A DNA stretch of 64,000 nucleotides from Perna viridis (GCA_037379345.1 CM074513.1:33228885-33292884), one strand, 5' to 3'. Counted from the stretch's first letter, positions 12,330 to 26,830 are shown. Notes: generated by a model not told the origin, from the sequence alone. A program made the numbers and translations.

Positions 12330-15300
12330 AAGGTGAAAGTAGTTTAACTTTTAAAGAAAAATGTTTACTGTTCTTCCTTTCCCCAATGTAACCATCAACC
12401 ATATTGTTGTGTGTTGTTGGGTTACATCCCTTTGAAAAAACTTGCTTAAATGGCTTGTATTCTGTAAAAAAAAAGAAGGACTATTTGCCAATATTGTACA
12501 TGTATCTGTAGTAAAAAGAACCTTACTGTCCACCACTTGTTTAATCTTGACTCACCTATTATTGAGTGATATATTTAATCTTGACAAACACTTGACTCAC
12601 CTATTATTGAGTGATCTACTGTTTTTTGTAGTGTTACTTACATACTTTGGAAATACATACATTGTTTTTCAGAAATCAATTATGGTTTTGGTAGTGATGT
12701 CAGTTCATCTGAAAATTATATAAGTTTAATGAAATCCACAAATTACAAAATTAACAAACCACCAAGAAAAAATGATATCCATAAATATAAGTACATTCAC
12801 ATTATGTGTGGTTTTCAAAAAAATCTCGAGTTCATTGCATGTTGCAAAATACTGTCTCTGACTCTGGTCATTTTCATGGAAAAATACCAAAACTACAGTA
12901 AAAAAGAAAGACTTATTTTTACTAAAAGTGACATTTAATGTCAAGTATATGCTTGCCATATATCTTAACTTGCAGAAATGTAAAAACAATGTGTTTTCAA
13001 GCTGTAAGTCAAATATAAGGACATGACATTGATGGCATCTTGAATAGGGACCAGATTTATTTGAAGGATAGATAAGACCAACATTGAATTGGACAAAAAC
13101 TTCATGTCTGCATTTTTCAACATGACAGTTCCTGCAACTTTGAAGTTATTTTTTGTGTGTTTCTGTGAAAATCTATCACTTGGATCAATGTTGACATTAC
13201 AGGGCTTTGTTGACTGTAATAAGGTTATTACTTTAAATCTATATTTTCTCAAAGCCGCCACAATGCAGACCTAATATTTACTTTTAATATGACAAGCTTT
13301 AAATTTAGATCAATAAAAACTGAAGTGATACAATAGTCATATTGTAGTGTAAATGATTTGAGTCATTCTTCATGCTGGAGGTTTGTTTTGTTTAATAATG
13401 GCTGCCCTTGTGTAAACAAAACAGTTATCAACACAAAATGAAGGCTAAACTTCCAATGTTTGCCTTGTCAATATTTATTTTAGTTTGAAGTTGACACAAC
13501 AAATTCAATATTCTCCAGTTTATACTTATCTCTTGAAAATTGAACTTTGATAAGTGCCCCATCATCAAGGTATATTTGCTCAATATTCATTGGTGAACAG
13601 GTGTAAATAAAAACTCCGCCCCTATGGAGTGGGCGGTTCCTAATCCACCCATTTGGATATCTAAAAAGTTTTTTGTTCTAATTGAATTACCTGTAATTAA
13701 ATACAATTGATAAAGTAATTTACAGAGGGCGTCATCCGTATGCATTAAACACTTGTAATCAAGCATATGTTAGTGTATACTGGAAGATAGATTTATCTTA
13801 AATGGTTCTGATCAAAGAAACAGTGCTAAAGTTCATAGCAGTTGTTTGTACTGGCAGAAATACACAGTAATGTGAATAGCCTTTTGGTTTCTGATGAAAA
13901 CAATAGTTAAAATAACTTCGTTTTTTACTGTTCACTGATTATCAGTATAATGATGCGCATGTTGAATTTATGGTACATTACATTTGAATGTCACCTCTAC
14001 ATAACAATGGAAACTGTTCATTAATTCATGCAACAGTTTGTGTTGACTACTGGATGCTTTAGAATTTATGTAGCAATAGAAACTTCTATTACACCCTGAA
14101 GTTATTTTCAGATTAAATAACTATACATTCATCAATGTTTGGTGCAAGCAAACCTTATAAGGGAATAGATATGTCTCCCTATTATGCTTAAAGATGATTT
14201 TTCTATTTGTTCTCTCACAAAAGAATAGTCCCATATGAAAAAGAGTCTAGCCAGTGCAATCCCTATAAGCTATGTTATAGTTTCAACCAGAAAACTATTC
14301 CATTATCGATAAACGATGATCTGTATGTAATTATAGAAAGGTATAAAGTTCAAAATTTAATCATTTTATTGATTCTAAGTTCAAACTAGTTTACCTTTCA
14401 TAATGGTCTTATTATTACCATGTAATACTGGTTCACTTTATGTAATCAACAAGTAATTAGGGAACCCTGTGTAGATCTTAATTATTTATTGGTCTTTATT
14501 AGCTGTTTTAATTTTCTCTAAATTATTTACATCAGCAGGGTCTTTTATTGTATGGTACAAAGTACAAGGAAATTTATCAGTAAATTGGTTGTTTGTAGTA
14601 TCTGGGATCCCCTGGTATTTACATTTTGTAATGTTTCGGTCAGATAGTATGAAGTAAGATCAAAGACTGATTACTAATGAGTTATTTGGAGGTATACCTA
14701 GGCAGAAGCATTCAGGCTATGTCAAGTGTTACTTTTATGGTTTTGAGTCATATACTGGACACACTTCTAGTATCAACACATTTTTTTTACATTTCATTGA
14801 AATAATCTCTGTTATTTGTTATCAACTTTGGAGTCCTTTCCCTGGCCTGACTTGATAGATATTTTATGCAATTTTTTAAGCCAATTGTGAAATGAGATTT
14901 ATGCAAATATTTTATTTTTCATCAAAGAATAATCTGAATGAGGGGGCAAAGATTCTATTTAGAATGACATTACAGACAGAATAGCATTAGACACTAATGT
15001 TGTGTTACATCTGTTGTCCAGTATACTTGGGGAAGTATTAGACCTTATCAATATCCCTTAAGATATGTTGACACAGGTGATTGTATAAAGGTAAGTAAAT
15101 AGTCGACAGGTAAATAATATACAGATACTTATCTCACCTAAAACCACTGTATTGATCACTACTAAGCCATTATGTCAATATTTCTAACTTTTTGTTGTTT
15201 TATGGTCTTAGCTATGATATTTTATTAGTGGGTAAACTATTGGGTCCAATTAAACCTATTTTTATAGAGATTTAAGATTATACTTTGGGAGACCTTGCAA

Positions 15301-15419
15301 ACTTTTTAATGGATTATTGCCTTGAAATTTGTTTGTTATTGATAGCTAATCTGTTGGGAGGAAAATATCAGTTAAGCATTAATACAAGGTGTTATAGGGT
15401 GTGGTTAGTTTTGTCTGTA

Positions 15420-15700
15420 TGGGTGTTATGCTGATGGAAGGAGGGACAGGTTACTGAGGGGATACAACAAACCTGTATTGGTGCAATACTAGTGGGAGGG
15501 AGACCGATTGCTAAGAGTTATGGCACACCTGTATTGGTATGATTTTGATGGGAGGCTGATTGCTGTGGGGTTATAACACACCTGTATTTGTGCAATACCG
15601 ATGGAAGGGAGAGACTGCTTGCTGAGGGGTTATAGCACACCTGTATACAGGTGTGATACTGGTGGAAGGGACAGACTGATTGCAGAGGGGTTATAGTGCA
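15420..15700. repeat. Degenerate tandem repeat, ~55-62 bp unit, ~5 copies
   Basis: Recurring gatggaaggga-agactg-ttgctgaggggttatagcacacctgtat. Confidence 0.8.
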
Positions 15701-15715
15701 CTGAGATCATAGCAT

Positions 15716-15910
15716 TAAGGGATGATACAATACTCCTAGGCAGGTAACTTCTATAAGGGATGATACCATACTCCTAGGCAGGTAACTTCTATGAGGGATA
15801 ATACCATACTCCTAGGCAGGTAACTTCTATAAGGGATGATAGCATGCTCCTAGGCAGGTAACTTCTATAAGGGATGATACCATACTCCTAGGCAGGTAAC
15901 TTCTGTAAGG
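15716..15910. repeat. Minisatellite, 38-bp unit, 5 copies
   Basis: taagggatgataccatactcctaggcaggtaacttcta at 15716, 15754 and onward. Confidence 0.95.
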
Positions 15911-18900
15911 TTTTATTTTTTAAATCAAAGTTAAGATGGTAGTGATATCGCTTACTTCTTGTGCTAACTCTCCTTTTTATAAAAAGTTTCGGGGAAGTAT
16001 ATATGAATCACCCTGCCTGTCTGTCAGTCCATATATATATCCATCTGTCCACATTTCCTGTTAGCATAACTCCTTTACTAACTCATGGGATTTTGATGAA
16101 ATTTTATCAGGAGGTAAGGCATTATATGAAGATGTGCATGAAGGCATATAGTTACTGTTGATCACTCAAAAGGGAATCAGATGGCCAGGGGCCTCACATG
16201 GTTGGGCATTATGAATGTTAATTTTTTTGGTGATGTAATGGAGTGCTGGGATTTCATTTGTAGATGGGAATTGGTCCAATGGCATGTAATACTGAGTTTT
16301 TAAGGGACCTCAACTCTGCCCTGGTATTATTATGTACTTTTTGGACCATTAAAGCATAAAACTTAATATTTTTATTTACCAGGCTAGCCTCAAAAGAAGG
16401 CAGAGTCTGAATGGTCACAGACACAAACTAGACAACACCAAACAATGCCATCAATAAAAAATGTTACATCTACCACATCTGCTCTGCCAAGTCTTCCCCT
16501 CAACAACAAATATCTAAAAGATTTTACATAAACACTATCCAATTGAGATGCAGTTGACATCACATACGTACATAATAAGATATTTTGAGGTAATGGTGCT
16601 GACTAAATAGTGTCTGTGTGAAGGTGAACATCAGTGCTTTGTAACATATTTTCTTTGTTGAACTCTACATCAACAAGTATGACATGTATTTCCATTGTGT
16701 GACAAAGATTTTCCCTGTCCTGTAAGGCCTTTTTTTTCTTGTTCCCATGAGATCTTGTCTAGGTGCCTTCCCAGGTGTATATAGGAAATAAAGTTATAAC
16801 AAAATTATAATCTGTCTCAGATTATATTGTAAAAATAAGCATCCTGACTTAAGATGTAGGATTCTTTGTAATCTGGCCAATTTACCTGTTTTGTTGTGTC
16901 ATGTTAAATTATAAATCCCTTATCTGTGGTATTTACCTAGGAAGTCTGGATTCAGTGTTATATTTACTGGCTTAGGGCATCAATATTATTGAGATGTCTT
17001 AATAGCATGTATTAATCATCAAGATCAATTTTTGTTTTTATAATTTCAATATTGACTGTTATGAGGTCGAGATTCCTGTGACTCTATGATTTATCAAGCA
17101 TGTATGAAAAATCACTTTAGGTTTACACAACATTAACTTTTACCAATCTTTATACACAGGGAAAGCGATAAAATTTGGAATGCTATCAAACATTGTACTA
17201 AGTGTTTGGTAATTAATTACGTTGATGAAATGTATTACCCTATAATTACCATGTAGCATTGAATACAGGTTTACATGGTAATACACAGTCTAATTTTATG
17301 CATTTTATATCATCCTGTCACATGCTATTGCATCAAATTGTGCTGATAAGTTTGTAGGTTAGTTATGTTGTTGCCAGGTAGTTGATTGAGATTGATCAAC
17401 TAGGTAAGAATAAGGCTGTATTATGGAGGTATTCTGGTGCATTGGAATTTTTACCCTTTTCTTGTAGATCTAGCATCCATAGAGCAGTAACATTTAAGCT
17501 GTTTGTGCATACATGCAAAATGAGTGCTTAGTTCAAAGGTTAACCACAGTTTTTAATGCCAAACTGTAATTAGTACAATAACTAAACTAGGTGCTCATCT
17601 TTGGATGAGAAATTCTATGCAGCCTATTTATGTCACCTAATTGGTTAAAATTCTTGAGATATTCTATTCAAGGAATTTTGATGGTTAGAACTGAGAACAT
17701 ATATTACACACATAAGCTAGTACCTATCAAGTCAAAAGAGATCTTAAAAACCCAGGAAAACACAACAGTTCTTAAGAAACATAATTTTCATGGTAAAACT
17801 CTATTTTAGAGCTCTATCACAATATAAATCTTGAGATTTATACTAAGAAGACATTGCCATTTGATCATAATTTTTTACATGTTACAGAATAATTTTCTTA
17901 AAACTACTTATAATCATTGTTCAGAAAATTGCACTGAATTATTATTATTCCTGAATGGGATGTAATGGTAGTACTGGTAAGCAAGATAAGTTTTAGTCTA
18001 CAAGCAAGGAAATTTGTCTTGTTTCAGGGAATTGATCACAAAGCTGATAAAAGCACATTAAAGATCTTGTAAAATGACCATGACAGGTGATGTAAGGGGT
18101 GGGGCTGTTAAGCCAGATATGTCAAGGTGTAGCATTAATCTGTGGCTGATGGAATTTAGATATATGGGAGTTAACCCTTTTTGTCATACTGAAGTATGTG
18201 TGCATTAAGTACTCTAGTACACTTATATACTTCTATTTCATCTAGAAAAAACTAGGGAGTTGAATTACACATTCATTAGATTTTTGGAGAAACCAATTTC
18301 TAAGTAAACTGTCATCTGGATTATAGCTGTAAGTATGGCAAAGTATAGAGTTCTAGTGACTCCTCCCACAATACCTTTCCCTGGATTATATTTCTCTAGT
18401 AGGTAATCATGACTGGTCATGAAACTAAATATAACTAGTTGTGAAATTAATGGTAATGTGTGCCGTTTTGATATTTTGTAATACCATTGGCATTTTAGTA
18501 AAAAAAAACAGGGGTTATCAGGTTTAGTTAGTGATAGATCAAGTTAGAATAAATATCATTTTTGTGGATATTTTCCTGAATTAGTGATATTTTTACTGTT
18601 TATCAGATATTGGATAGTATTTCTGTCATTCTGATGTTCTTAGCAAAACTGACAAGATAAAAACTTTTTTAAAGATTAAAATGATACATAATTGATGAAT
18701 GGTTTCAGCCTGTATTGAAACCTGGTAAATATTTAGACTGCAGGAGTATTGGATAGGATGTTCTGATGAAGGATAATATTATCCTCAAATAAATCTGATG
18801 TTATAGTTCATCAAGGCCACTCTATAAAGAAGTGTCAGAACAGCTTCTTCATTTCTCGGACATAACTTTATTTTACTTCATAACTTACCAGTATGAACTG

Positions 18901-19499
18901 TAAGGTGACAGACAGCTCTCTCTTTCTTCCAAAATTCTTTGTTACAAAGTTCAAGTGGTCACAGATGACCACACCTTCACACCCTTGTATTATGTAAATA
19001 AGTGTGTACACGCTCTCAGTTTGCTTGCATCTGTCCTTGGTTTTCTGTCAGAATTAAAAGGGTTTGAAGATGAAAGATTAGATAGCATCAGTTTCATCTG
19101 GTTCTTTGTACCTTACTTTCCAAGGCTGAGTGTCATGTCATATTCTAGGATGATTAAACACCAGTTATGAAAGAACCCAAAGTTGAGTCTGTATGTTAAG
19201 AGGTTTTTTGGTCAGTGTGCTCAGTTTTCTTAGTCTTGATTTGGATTGTATTCTTTCCAAAACTAATGTGTGATTTTCCCATAGATCCTATTTCCATAAG
19301 TACTTGTATTTTATAATGCATGTAAGTTGATATTTATAAAAAAAATCAGCTTAATTACCATGTTGCATAAAGGAGCTTGGGCCATACTATAGTGCTAAAG
19401 ATTAGTGAAGGTGGATTTGGATGGCATTGATCATAGTGGTAATATGATATTCCTGCATTTCATTTGTATAACAAGTTAAGGTATGGTACAGTGGACTTT

Positions 19500-20075
19500 G
19501 ATCTATCAGGATCCTACATTGTAGGATTGTTGTGTACTGTAGGGTTGTAGTGTATAGGTCAGGATTGTTTACTGTAGGGCTGTAGTGTATAGACTAGAAA
19601 ATGTATACTGTAGGGTTGTAGTGTATCGGTCAGGATCATACACTATAAGGTTGTATCAATCAGGATCATACATTGTAGGGTTGTAGTGTATCAATCAGGA
19701 TCATACACTGTAGGGTTGTAGTGTATCAATGAGGATTTTATATTGTAGGGTTGTAGTGTATAGACCAGAAAATGTATACTGTAGGTTTGAAGTGTATCGA
19801 TCAGGATCATTTACTGAAGGGCTGTAGTGATTTGTTTAGGATAGCTCGCTGTAAGGTTATAATGTATTGACCCAAATGGGTATCAATCAGGATTATACAT
19901 TGTAGGGTTGTAATGTATCAATTAGGATCATACATTGTGAGGTTGTTGTGTATCAAACAGGATAATACACTCTAGAATTGTAGTGTATCATTCACTGTAA
20001 GGTTTTTGTGTATGAAACAGGATAATATACTCTAGAATTGTAGTGTATCATTCACTGTAAGGTTGTAGTATATCT
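19500..20075. repeat. Degenerate minisatellite, ~35-bp unit
   Basis: Consensus gtagggttgtagtgtatcaatcaggatcatacact, roughly 15 copies. Confidence 0.85.
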
Positions 20076-21205
20076 AAAATTAAAAGCATCATTTTACTTT
20101 GAATCTGAAGTTGTGTATTATTTAACAGGCAACTGTAATGTTCTATCTATACTAAATATTTAACAGAGTACCAGTAATTTTTATCTAATTGATATGTTTG
20201 GCTCATCTGTTTTTAGTAATAGTACAAATAAACAAGATGAAATTCAAAAGCTTAATGGGTAGTAGGTACTTGAGAATGTATAATGTTGTCATACAAAGCT
20301 ATCCTCACACCCTTAAGTGACATGCAGATGAATTAAACATATACTCATAACTTAATTTGTAGTCCCCAGGTTAGTTCTATCTATGTGTGAAGATAAGTTA
20401 CAGGTCAGATCAGTTGTTCCTAATAGAAGTAGGTATGTCTGTAAGGTATTTAGATCTTGTAGTAACTTGTTTAAAATGGACTTCTATGGACTTGTGACCA
20501 AGCTTTATTTCTTATAAAAAAGTTGAAGAGACTATTTCTCTTCTAACACTATATGAACATAAAGACAATATGGTTAGGGTCCATAATGATAATGTTGTAT
20601 CAACTATATTTAATGGAAAGTTGATCATGTTTTTGTAACTGTAACACTTGATCTGATCTTCAGTATACATTTGTAAATTAGACTTTATTTGCCAGGCATT
20701 CAAACTATCCTTTTGCAAGTAATTCCTTGGCTTAGATCATTGTTTTCCTGTACTCTGCTTTTTATCCAGCCACAGAATTTTTTTTCAGATATATAATGGT
20801 ATTACCCTGTCATAGTTGTCATTGTTGTTGGCATCCATTAACTTTAGTATATTTATGATAACTTGATTAAAATTTATCTGATCTTTTTGAAATTTTAACT
20901 TATTTTTCCTAGACACATGGCAGAGGGCCCTATAATTTTTGGAGGATTTGCCCTTTTCGAAAATATTTTTTCATTAGATTCCCTATGAATATCCCTGACT
21001 GGATTTAGATATTTCTTATCGTTTTTGAGTTATATGGGATCTAAGGAGCCACACCCCAAAAAATCTTTTTGGCCCAATTTTGGAAATGCTTTAAATAATT
21101 CAATTTCAAATTGTGTGTTATATTGTGTCCAAACCAGTTGTTGTGTCCTTAATAAAATGTAAGTTCTTATGCTTAAATATGTCAAAAACTAATATTGCGT
21201 CCACA

Positions 21206-21706
21206 TGATTGATTGATTGATTGTTGGTGTTCAACGCCCATACAGCAGTATTTCAGCTATATCCGGGCAATGAACATAAAATGGATTATGAAATGAACAT
21301 GAAATGATGATGAGATGAAAAATAGGATGGGACATTAGGATAATAGGGTCGATGAGTTCCCATTGCCTCTGGAAATTGGGAGAGGTGGGTTGGGTCTGGC
21401 AATTTAGCCTCCTGTGACGAATCCAAGGCTTCTTCTCCTGTCAAATATCACAGCAGGGTTCTTTAACATGTGAGGAACATGGCATTTTTCTTAACACAGT
21501 ACACTACTATGGGTTGTGGTCAGGTAATCACTATTATGGCCTGACAACCCTGGTATGTAGCATCATTCCACTAACTGGGGCACACAACCTATTCGCTCTG
21601 TGGGCAGAGCACCTAGCCCTTGGTCAGGGTTCTGAGCACTATTTAAGTTGCCTTTTACATCAAGCTTAGCGCTGCTGCAGGCCTATTGTTTTTTACACCT
21701 GGACAC
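21206..21706 (-). mobile_element. SINE-like retroposon copy 1 (most decayed), inserted into a host dispersed repeat
   Basis: Begins with (gatt)n tail and aligns along its length to 61033-61549. Flanks (aaaactaatattgcgtccac | tgcccc) correspond to the uninterrupted sequence at about 48990-49020. Confidence 0.85.
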
Positions 21707-24316
21707 CCACTGCCCCAAGTGAACAGAGTTTGAAATGATGCAGCCATATCATGCTGTGCTCCACATAGCTCTTTTTAAAGAGTAAGTTAAGGCTAGAAAA
21801 GTTGTATTCCTCTAACAGTGTTCAAACTTGAGATCTACTGAATTCATTGATCTTCCAATTGCTGTTCTTTGAAGTTTTGCAAACATCATTTATTGAGAGG
21901 AAGGGTCCTAACTCTTGTTTTTCCTTCATGCAGAAACCTAGATGCGGTTCCGTTTATTGTAAAGAATGGCCGTAACCTTGTCTTGTGCTTCTTCTAAGTG
22001 GAGATCTAGCTTAGCTTCCTGCATATTTAAGGAAGGGCTCTTACCCTAGCCTTGTGTTCTTCAAAGTGGAGATCTAGCTCAGCTTCCTCCATGTTTCTTT
22101 CTACCTTTTGTTATGTTTTGCCATAACCCTGAATTGGATTATATTGGATTATGAGCAAATGACTTGTGCAATTGTGTATGCAATACTTCAAATAAAATGT
22201 ATAACTTTGTGCGACTGTGCACATCAGTGTTCTTCAGGTGTATGATAATGCAGAAATAATGATGTAATGTACCACATCCCTAATCTCATATGCATAAATA
22301 ACCTCAACAAAATGTTATTAGAAATTGTCTTATTGATTAAAAACATATTTGGCGAATTTTGTGATTTGTAAACCTGATACGTGGGTTAATTCTGGCATAG
22401 TTTATTTGCTCCTGGTGGTCTGCACAAGTAAATGCACAAGATATAAACACTCAACAGCTGGTAAAATTATGCAGAATTATTTTCTATCTTTGTTCAGATT
22501 ATAACTGAAACTAATATCCATGAAGTGTATGTAGACATTTATCATTTTTCAATAAAGCCAGAATTTGATAAGAAACAGACACTGCTAATATACTCATTTG
22601 AACTTTCATAAGCATACAAGGTTTTCTTATTGCATGGAGTACTGTCTTTTATTGGCTAGAAGGTATTGTCCAATCCAGTGGGTTTTTTTTGTATAGATTA
22701 TGATTGGTTAACAGCTATCAGTTAGGGCAATCCTTCAACTTCAATTAGCTCCTCCTACATTGTACCGGTCTGAGCCAATGAAATGTAGCAAATTTGAAAG
22801 GTTATAGATTTTTTCCAACAGTGTTTGTGTTACAAGCTGTATCTGCCAGATGATATGAAATATCAGATGACCAACCATGCATGACCTGTGGTTTTTATTT
22901 AGAGGAGAATTACTTCAAGAGATTTTTTGTTTGTTTGTTATGCAGGATTTTAACACCCCAAGGCAACCCAACTATCTTATCTACTATCCAGGTCGCTTGA
23001 TTCTTTATCAACAGAATAATGTATTTTTTATGTTATGATTGCTGTTTTAAAGCTATTACCTAGGATATTTTAACTTAATTGCTTTGTGTATGAGCCATGT
23101 TTGATGTTTTGGTCTGGGGGGTATTATTATAAATTTATGTACAGACAGACATGCATACTTATGCCTAGAATGGGGAAACTCATTAATATTGTTATTTGGT
23201 ATTGCCTTGTTTATCTTCCCAAAATGTAAACCAAGTTTTGCTAGTCAAAAGGTCATATTTAATGTAAATCTCATTTACCATATTAATAAGATCCTATTTG
23301 TAAAGAATTGTTGATCAAGAAGGCACAATGCATGGTCACTTTTTATGTCCTCATTGATGTCATTAAGTGGGAACCCTGGCAGATTTTCAATACTTTTACT
23401 CATTGTTGAAGTCATGAAACTGTCATTAAGCTTTTATGTTGAGAGATTGTCTCACATTGATCCATAAACATTCTGTATATGGAAGCAAAATCAAATTCTT
23501 GTCTCATTTCTCATTAAATTCTGTCACTCTTTTCTGTGCAAAGCCCCACCCGGTAAAACCCTCAGTTAACAGAAACTTTGTCAATATTGGAGACTCCTAG
23601 GATTAATATTTTATCCTTATGTAATCAGATTCCCTATTGTGGCCCCTAGGGAGTCACATCTGTTGGGTTATCAGATTGGGCAGAGATAATTAGTTTTCCC
23701 TGACTAATCTTAGAGAGAGAGGGGTCCCTTACTGAGGCAGTATATTTCATGATAATTTATAAAGATAATTATTAGATTTGTATTTGTAAATAAATGTTTG
23801 TATTTCATTTATTTTCCACTATCAGAATACCATGTTTGTTTTATCATGGGAGAATTAATTCCATGGAAGCTCAGCATCATCTTACTGAAGCTTCATACTG
23901 ATTGAAAAATAATACTACTATCATTTTAATTACAAATGTATAGATTTCAATTTTGAAGAGATACAGATGTAATTCTGATGCTAAAATTGTTTTCTGAAGT
24001 CTTATTCATGCATTCTGGCATGTTTTTATGTGTCTCTGTATCTGAATAAAATCTGTATTTAGCAGGGATGAGCTACAGAAGAATAGAAAAGCCAGGTCAG
24101 ATTGGAGGAGTTCCATGTACATCTATAAACCTTCAGTTGTTTAATCGAAATTTAACCTTAAATAAAATTAGAAAACTTTTTCAGGACCATATAATGCCTT
24201 TTGATTGTGAAATCCAAGCATAACCCCTAATTTAGTTAATTACATATACTCTCTAGGGCCAATTTTTTTTTTTGCCATTGCTATAATAACTCAGCTTCTA
24301 AAAACATGTAACAATG

Positions 24317-24799
24317 CATCATCCCAAGTCAGGGTTTTGAGTCCACTCTCGCTCCCTCAAACCCCTGACATCACTTCATTCATATTTAGAGGGTATCGTC
24401 CAGCACCATCCGGTGAGTTACTTAAATTTAACCCGGATCCAAAATCCAATCAAATCACTTGTAATAGAAACTCTTCGATATAACTTACAAAGTGGCTACA
24501 CATAACATCATTTATTTTCCAGTGAGGACTCTAAACAGAATCTACAGTTATCATTTTCGCGTATATTGCATCATTTGTGACATCATACAACTTTCAGTTA
24601 CTATATCAGATCGTCCATTACCTCGTATTATTGTTTACCTTTCCACAGACATTTTATGTTAAATCGATTTTCATTGGTGCTTATCACTCGGAGAAGCAAC
24701 CAATCGGAATTGGCTGGATGATATCCGCTAAATATGAATGAGTGATGTCAGGGGTTTGGGGAAGCGAGAGTGGACTCAAAACCCTGACTTGGGAGGATG
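24317..24799. mobile_element. MITE with ~85-bp terminal inverted repeats and 9-bp TSD (Mutator-like)
   Basis: TIRs catcatcccaagtcagggttttgagtccactctcgc... / ...gcgagagtggactcaaaaccctgacttgggaggatg; perfect TSD gtaacaatg at 24308-24316 and 24800-24808. Confidence 0.9.
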
Positions 24800-24874
24800 G
24801 TAACAATGTAGCTTGGATGTTTGCAAAAATAGTTATCCTGAGAATCAACATTGTTTTGACAATGTCCTTTAAAA

Positions 24875-26830
24875 GACTACAGTATTGACTGTACCTACTA
24901 TACTCTAGTATTGACTGTCACAGGTAGAACTAGGGTATTGGCTGTCTAAGAACTACACTATTAACTGTCCCCTACAGAATTCCAGTATCAACTATCCCTG
25001 GTAGAACTATAGTATCAACTATCCCTGATAGAACTACAGTATCAACTATCCCTGATAGAACTACAGTATTGACTATCCCTGGTAGAACTATAGTATCAAC
25101 TATCCCTGATAGAACTACAGTATTGACTATCCCTGGTAGAACTATAGTATTGACTATCCCTGATAGAACTACAGTATTGACTATCCCTGGTAGAACTACA
25201 GTATCAACTATCCCTGATAGAACTACAGTATTTACTATCCATAATAGAACTCCATTATTGACCATCCCTTGTAGAACTATAGTATTGACTATCCCTGATA
25301 GAACTACAGTATTGACTATCCCTGGTAGAACTATAGTATCAACTATCCCTGATAGAACTGCAGTATTGACTATCCCTGATAGAACTACAGTATTGACTAT
25401 CCCTGGTAGAACTATAGTATCAACTATCCCTGATAGAACTACAGTATTGACTATCCCTGGTAGAACTATAGTATTGACTATCCCTGATAGAACTACAGTA
25501 TTGACTGTCCCTGGTAGAACTACAGTATCAGCTATCCCTGATAGAACTACAGTATTGACTATCCATAATAGAACGCCATTATTGACCATCCCTGGTAGAA
25601 CTCCATTATTGACCATCCCTGGTAGAACTATAGTATTGACTATCCCTGATAGAACTACAGTATTTACTATCCCTGGTAGAACTATAGTATCAACTATCCC
25701 TGATAGAACTATAGTATTGATTATCCCTGGTAGAACTACAGTATTGACTATCCATAATAGAACTCTATTATTGACTATCCCTTATAGAACTACAGTATTG
25801 ACTATCCATGATAGAACTCCATTATTGACTATCCCTGATAGAACTACAGTATTGACTTTCCCTGATAGAACTACAGTAATTGCTTTCCATGATAGAACTA
25901 CAGTATTGACTTTCCCTGATGAAACTCCAGTAGTGACTATCCATGATACTCCAGTATTGACTTTCCCTGATAGATCTACAGTATTGACTTTCCCTGATAG
26001 AACTACAGTATTGACTATCCCTGATAGAACTCCAGTATTGACTTTCCCTGATGAAACTCCAGTATTGACTTTCCCTGATGAAACTCCAGTATTGACTATC
26101 CATGATAGAACTCCAGTATTGACTTTCCCTGATAGAACTCCAGTATTGACTATCCCTGTTGAAACTACAGTATTGACTATCCATGATAGAACTCCAGTAT
26201 TGACTTTCCCTGATAGAACTCCAGTATTGACTTTCCCTGATGAAACTCCAGTATTGACTATCCATGATAGAACTCCAGTATTGACTTTCCCTGATAGAAC
26301 TCCAGTATTGACTATCCCTGTTGAAACTACAGTATTGACTATCCATGATAGAACTCCAGTATTGACTTTCCCTGATAGAACTCCAGTATTGACTTTCCCT
26401 GTTCAAACTACAGTATTGACTATTCCTGATAGAACTACAGTGTTGACTTTCGCTGATGGAAACTACAGTATTGACTATCCCTGATAGAACTCCAGTATTT
26501 ACTGTCCTTTATAGAACTACAGTATAGACTATCCTTGATAGAACTACAGTGTTGACTTTCCCTGAAAGAACTACAGTATTGACTATCCCTGATAGAACTA
26601 CAGTATTGACTTTCACTGATGGAACTACAGTATCAACTATCCCTGATAGAATTCTAGCACTGACTATACCTGATGAAACTTCAATATTGACTTCCCAGAT
26701 GGAACTCCAGCATTAGCTATCCTGATAGAACTCCAGTATTAACTGTTCCAGATTGAACTCCACTATTGACTTCCCTGTTAGAACTTAAGTATATCCTGTC
26801 TGTGATAGAACTCCAGTATTGACTGTCCCT
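24875..26830. repeat. 27-bp minisatellite, about 70 copies
   Basis: Unit actatccctgatagaactacagtattg with variants; degenerate at both edges. Generates the spurious 471-, 214- and 194-aa ORFs. Confidence 0.97.

Noticed and set aside
25069-26484. 471-aa ORF (and overlapping 214-aa and 194-aa minus-strand ORFs)
   Set aside because: Direct translation of the 27-bp minisatellite; non-ATG start, no unique domain, lies in an intron.
24875-26830. CRISPR-like array or tandem hammerhead ribozymes (ctgatgaaac variants)
   Set aside because: No unique spacers and eukaryotic context; CUGAUGA is not followed by stem II and a separate GAAA, and stems I/III cannot be built.
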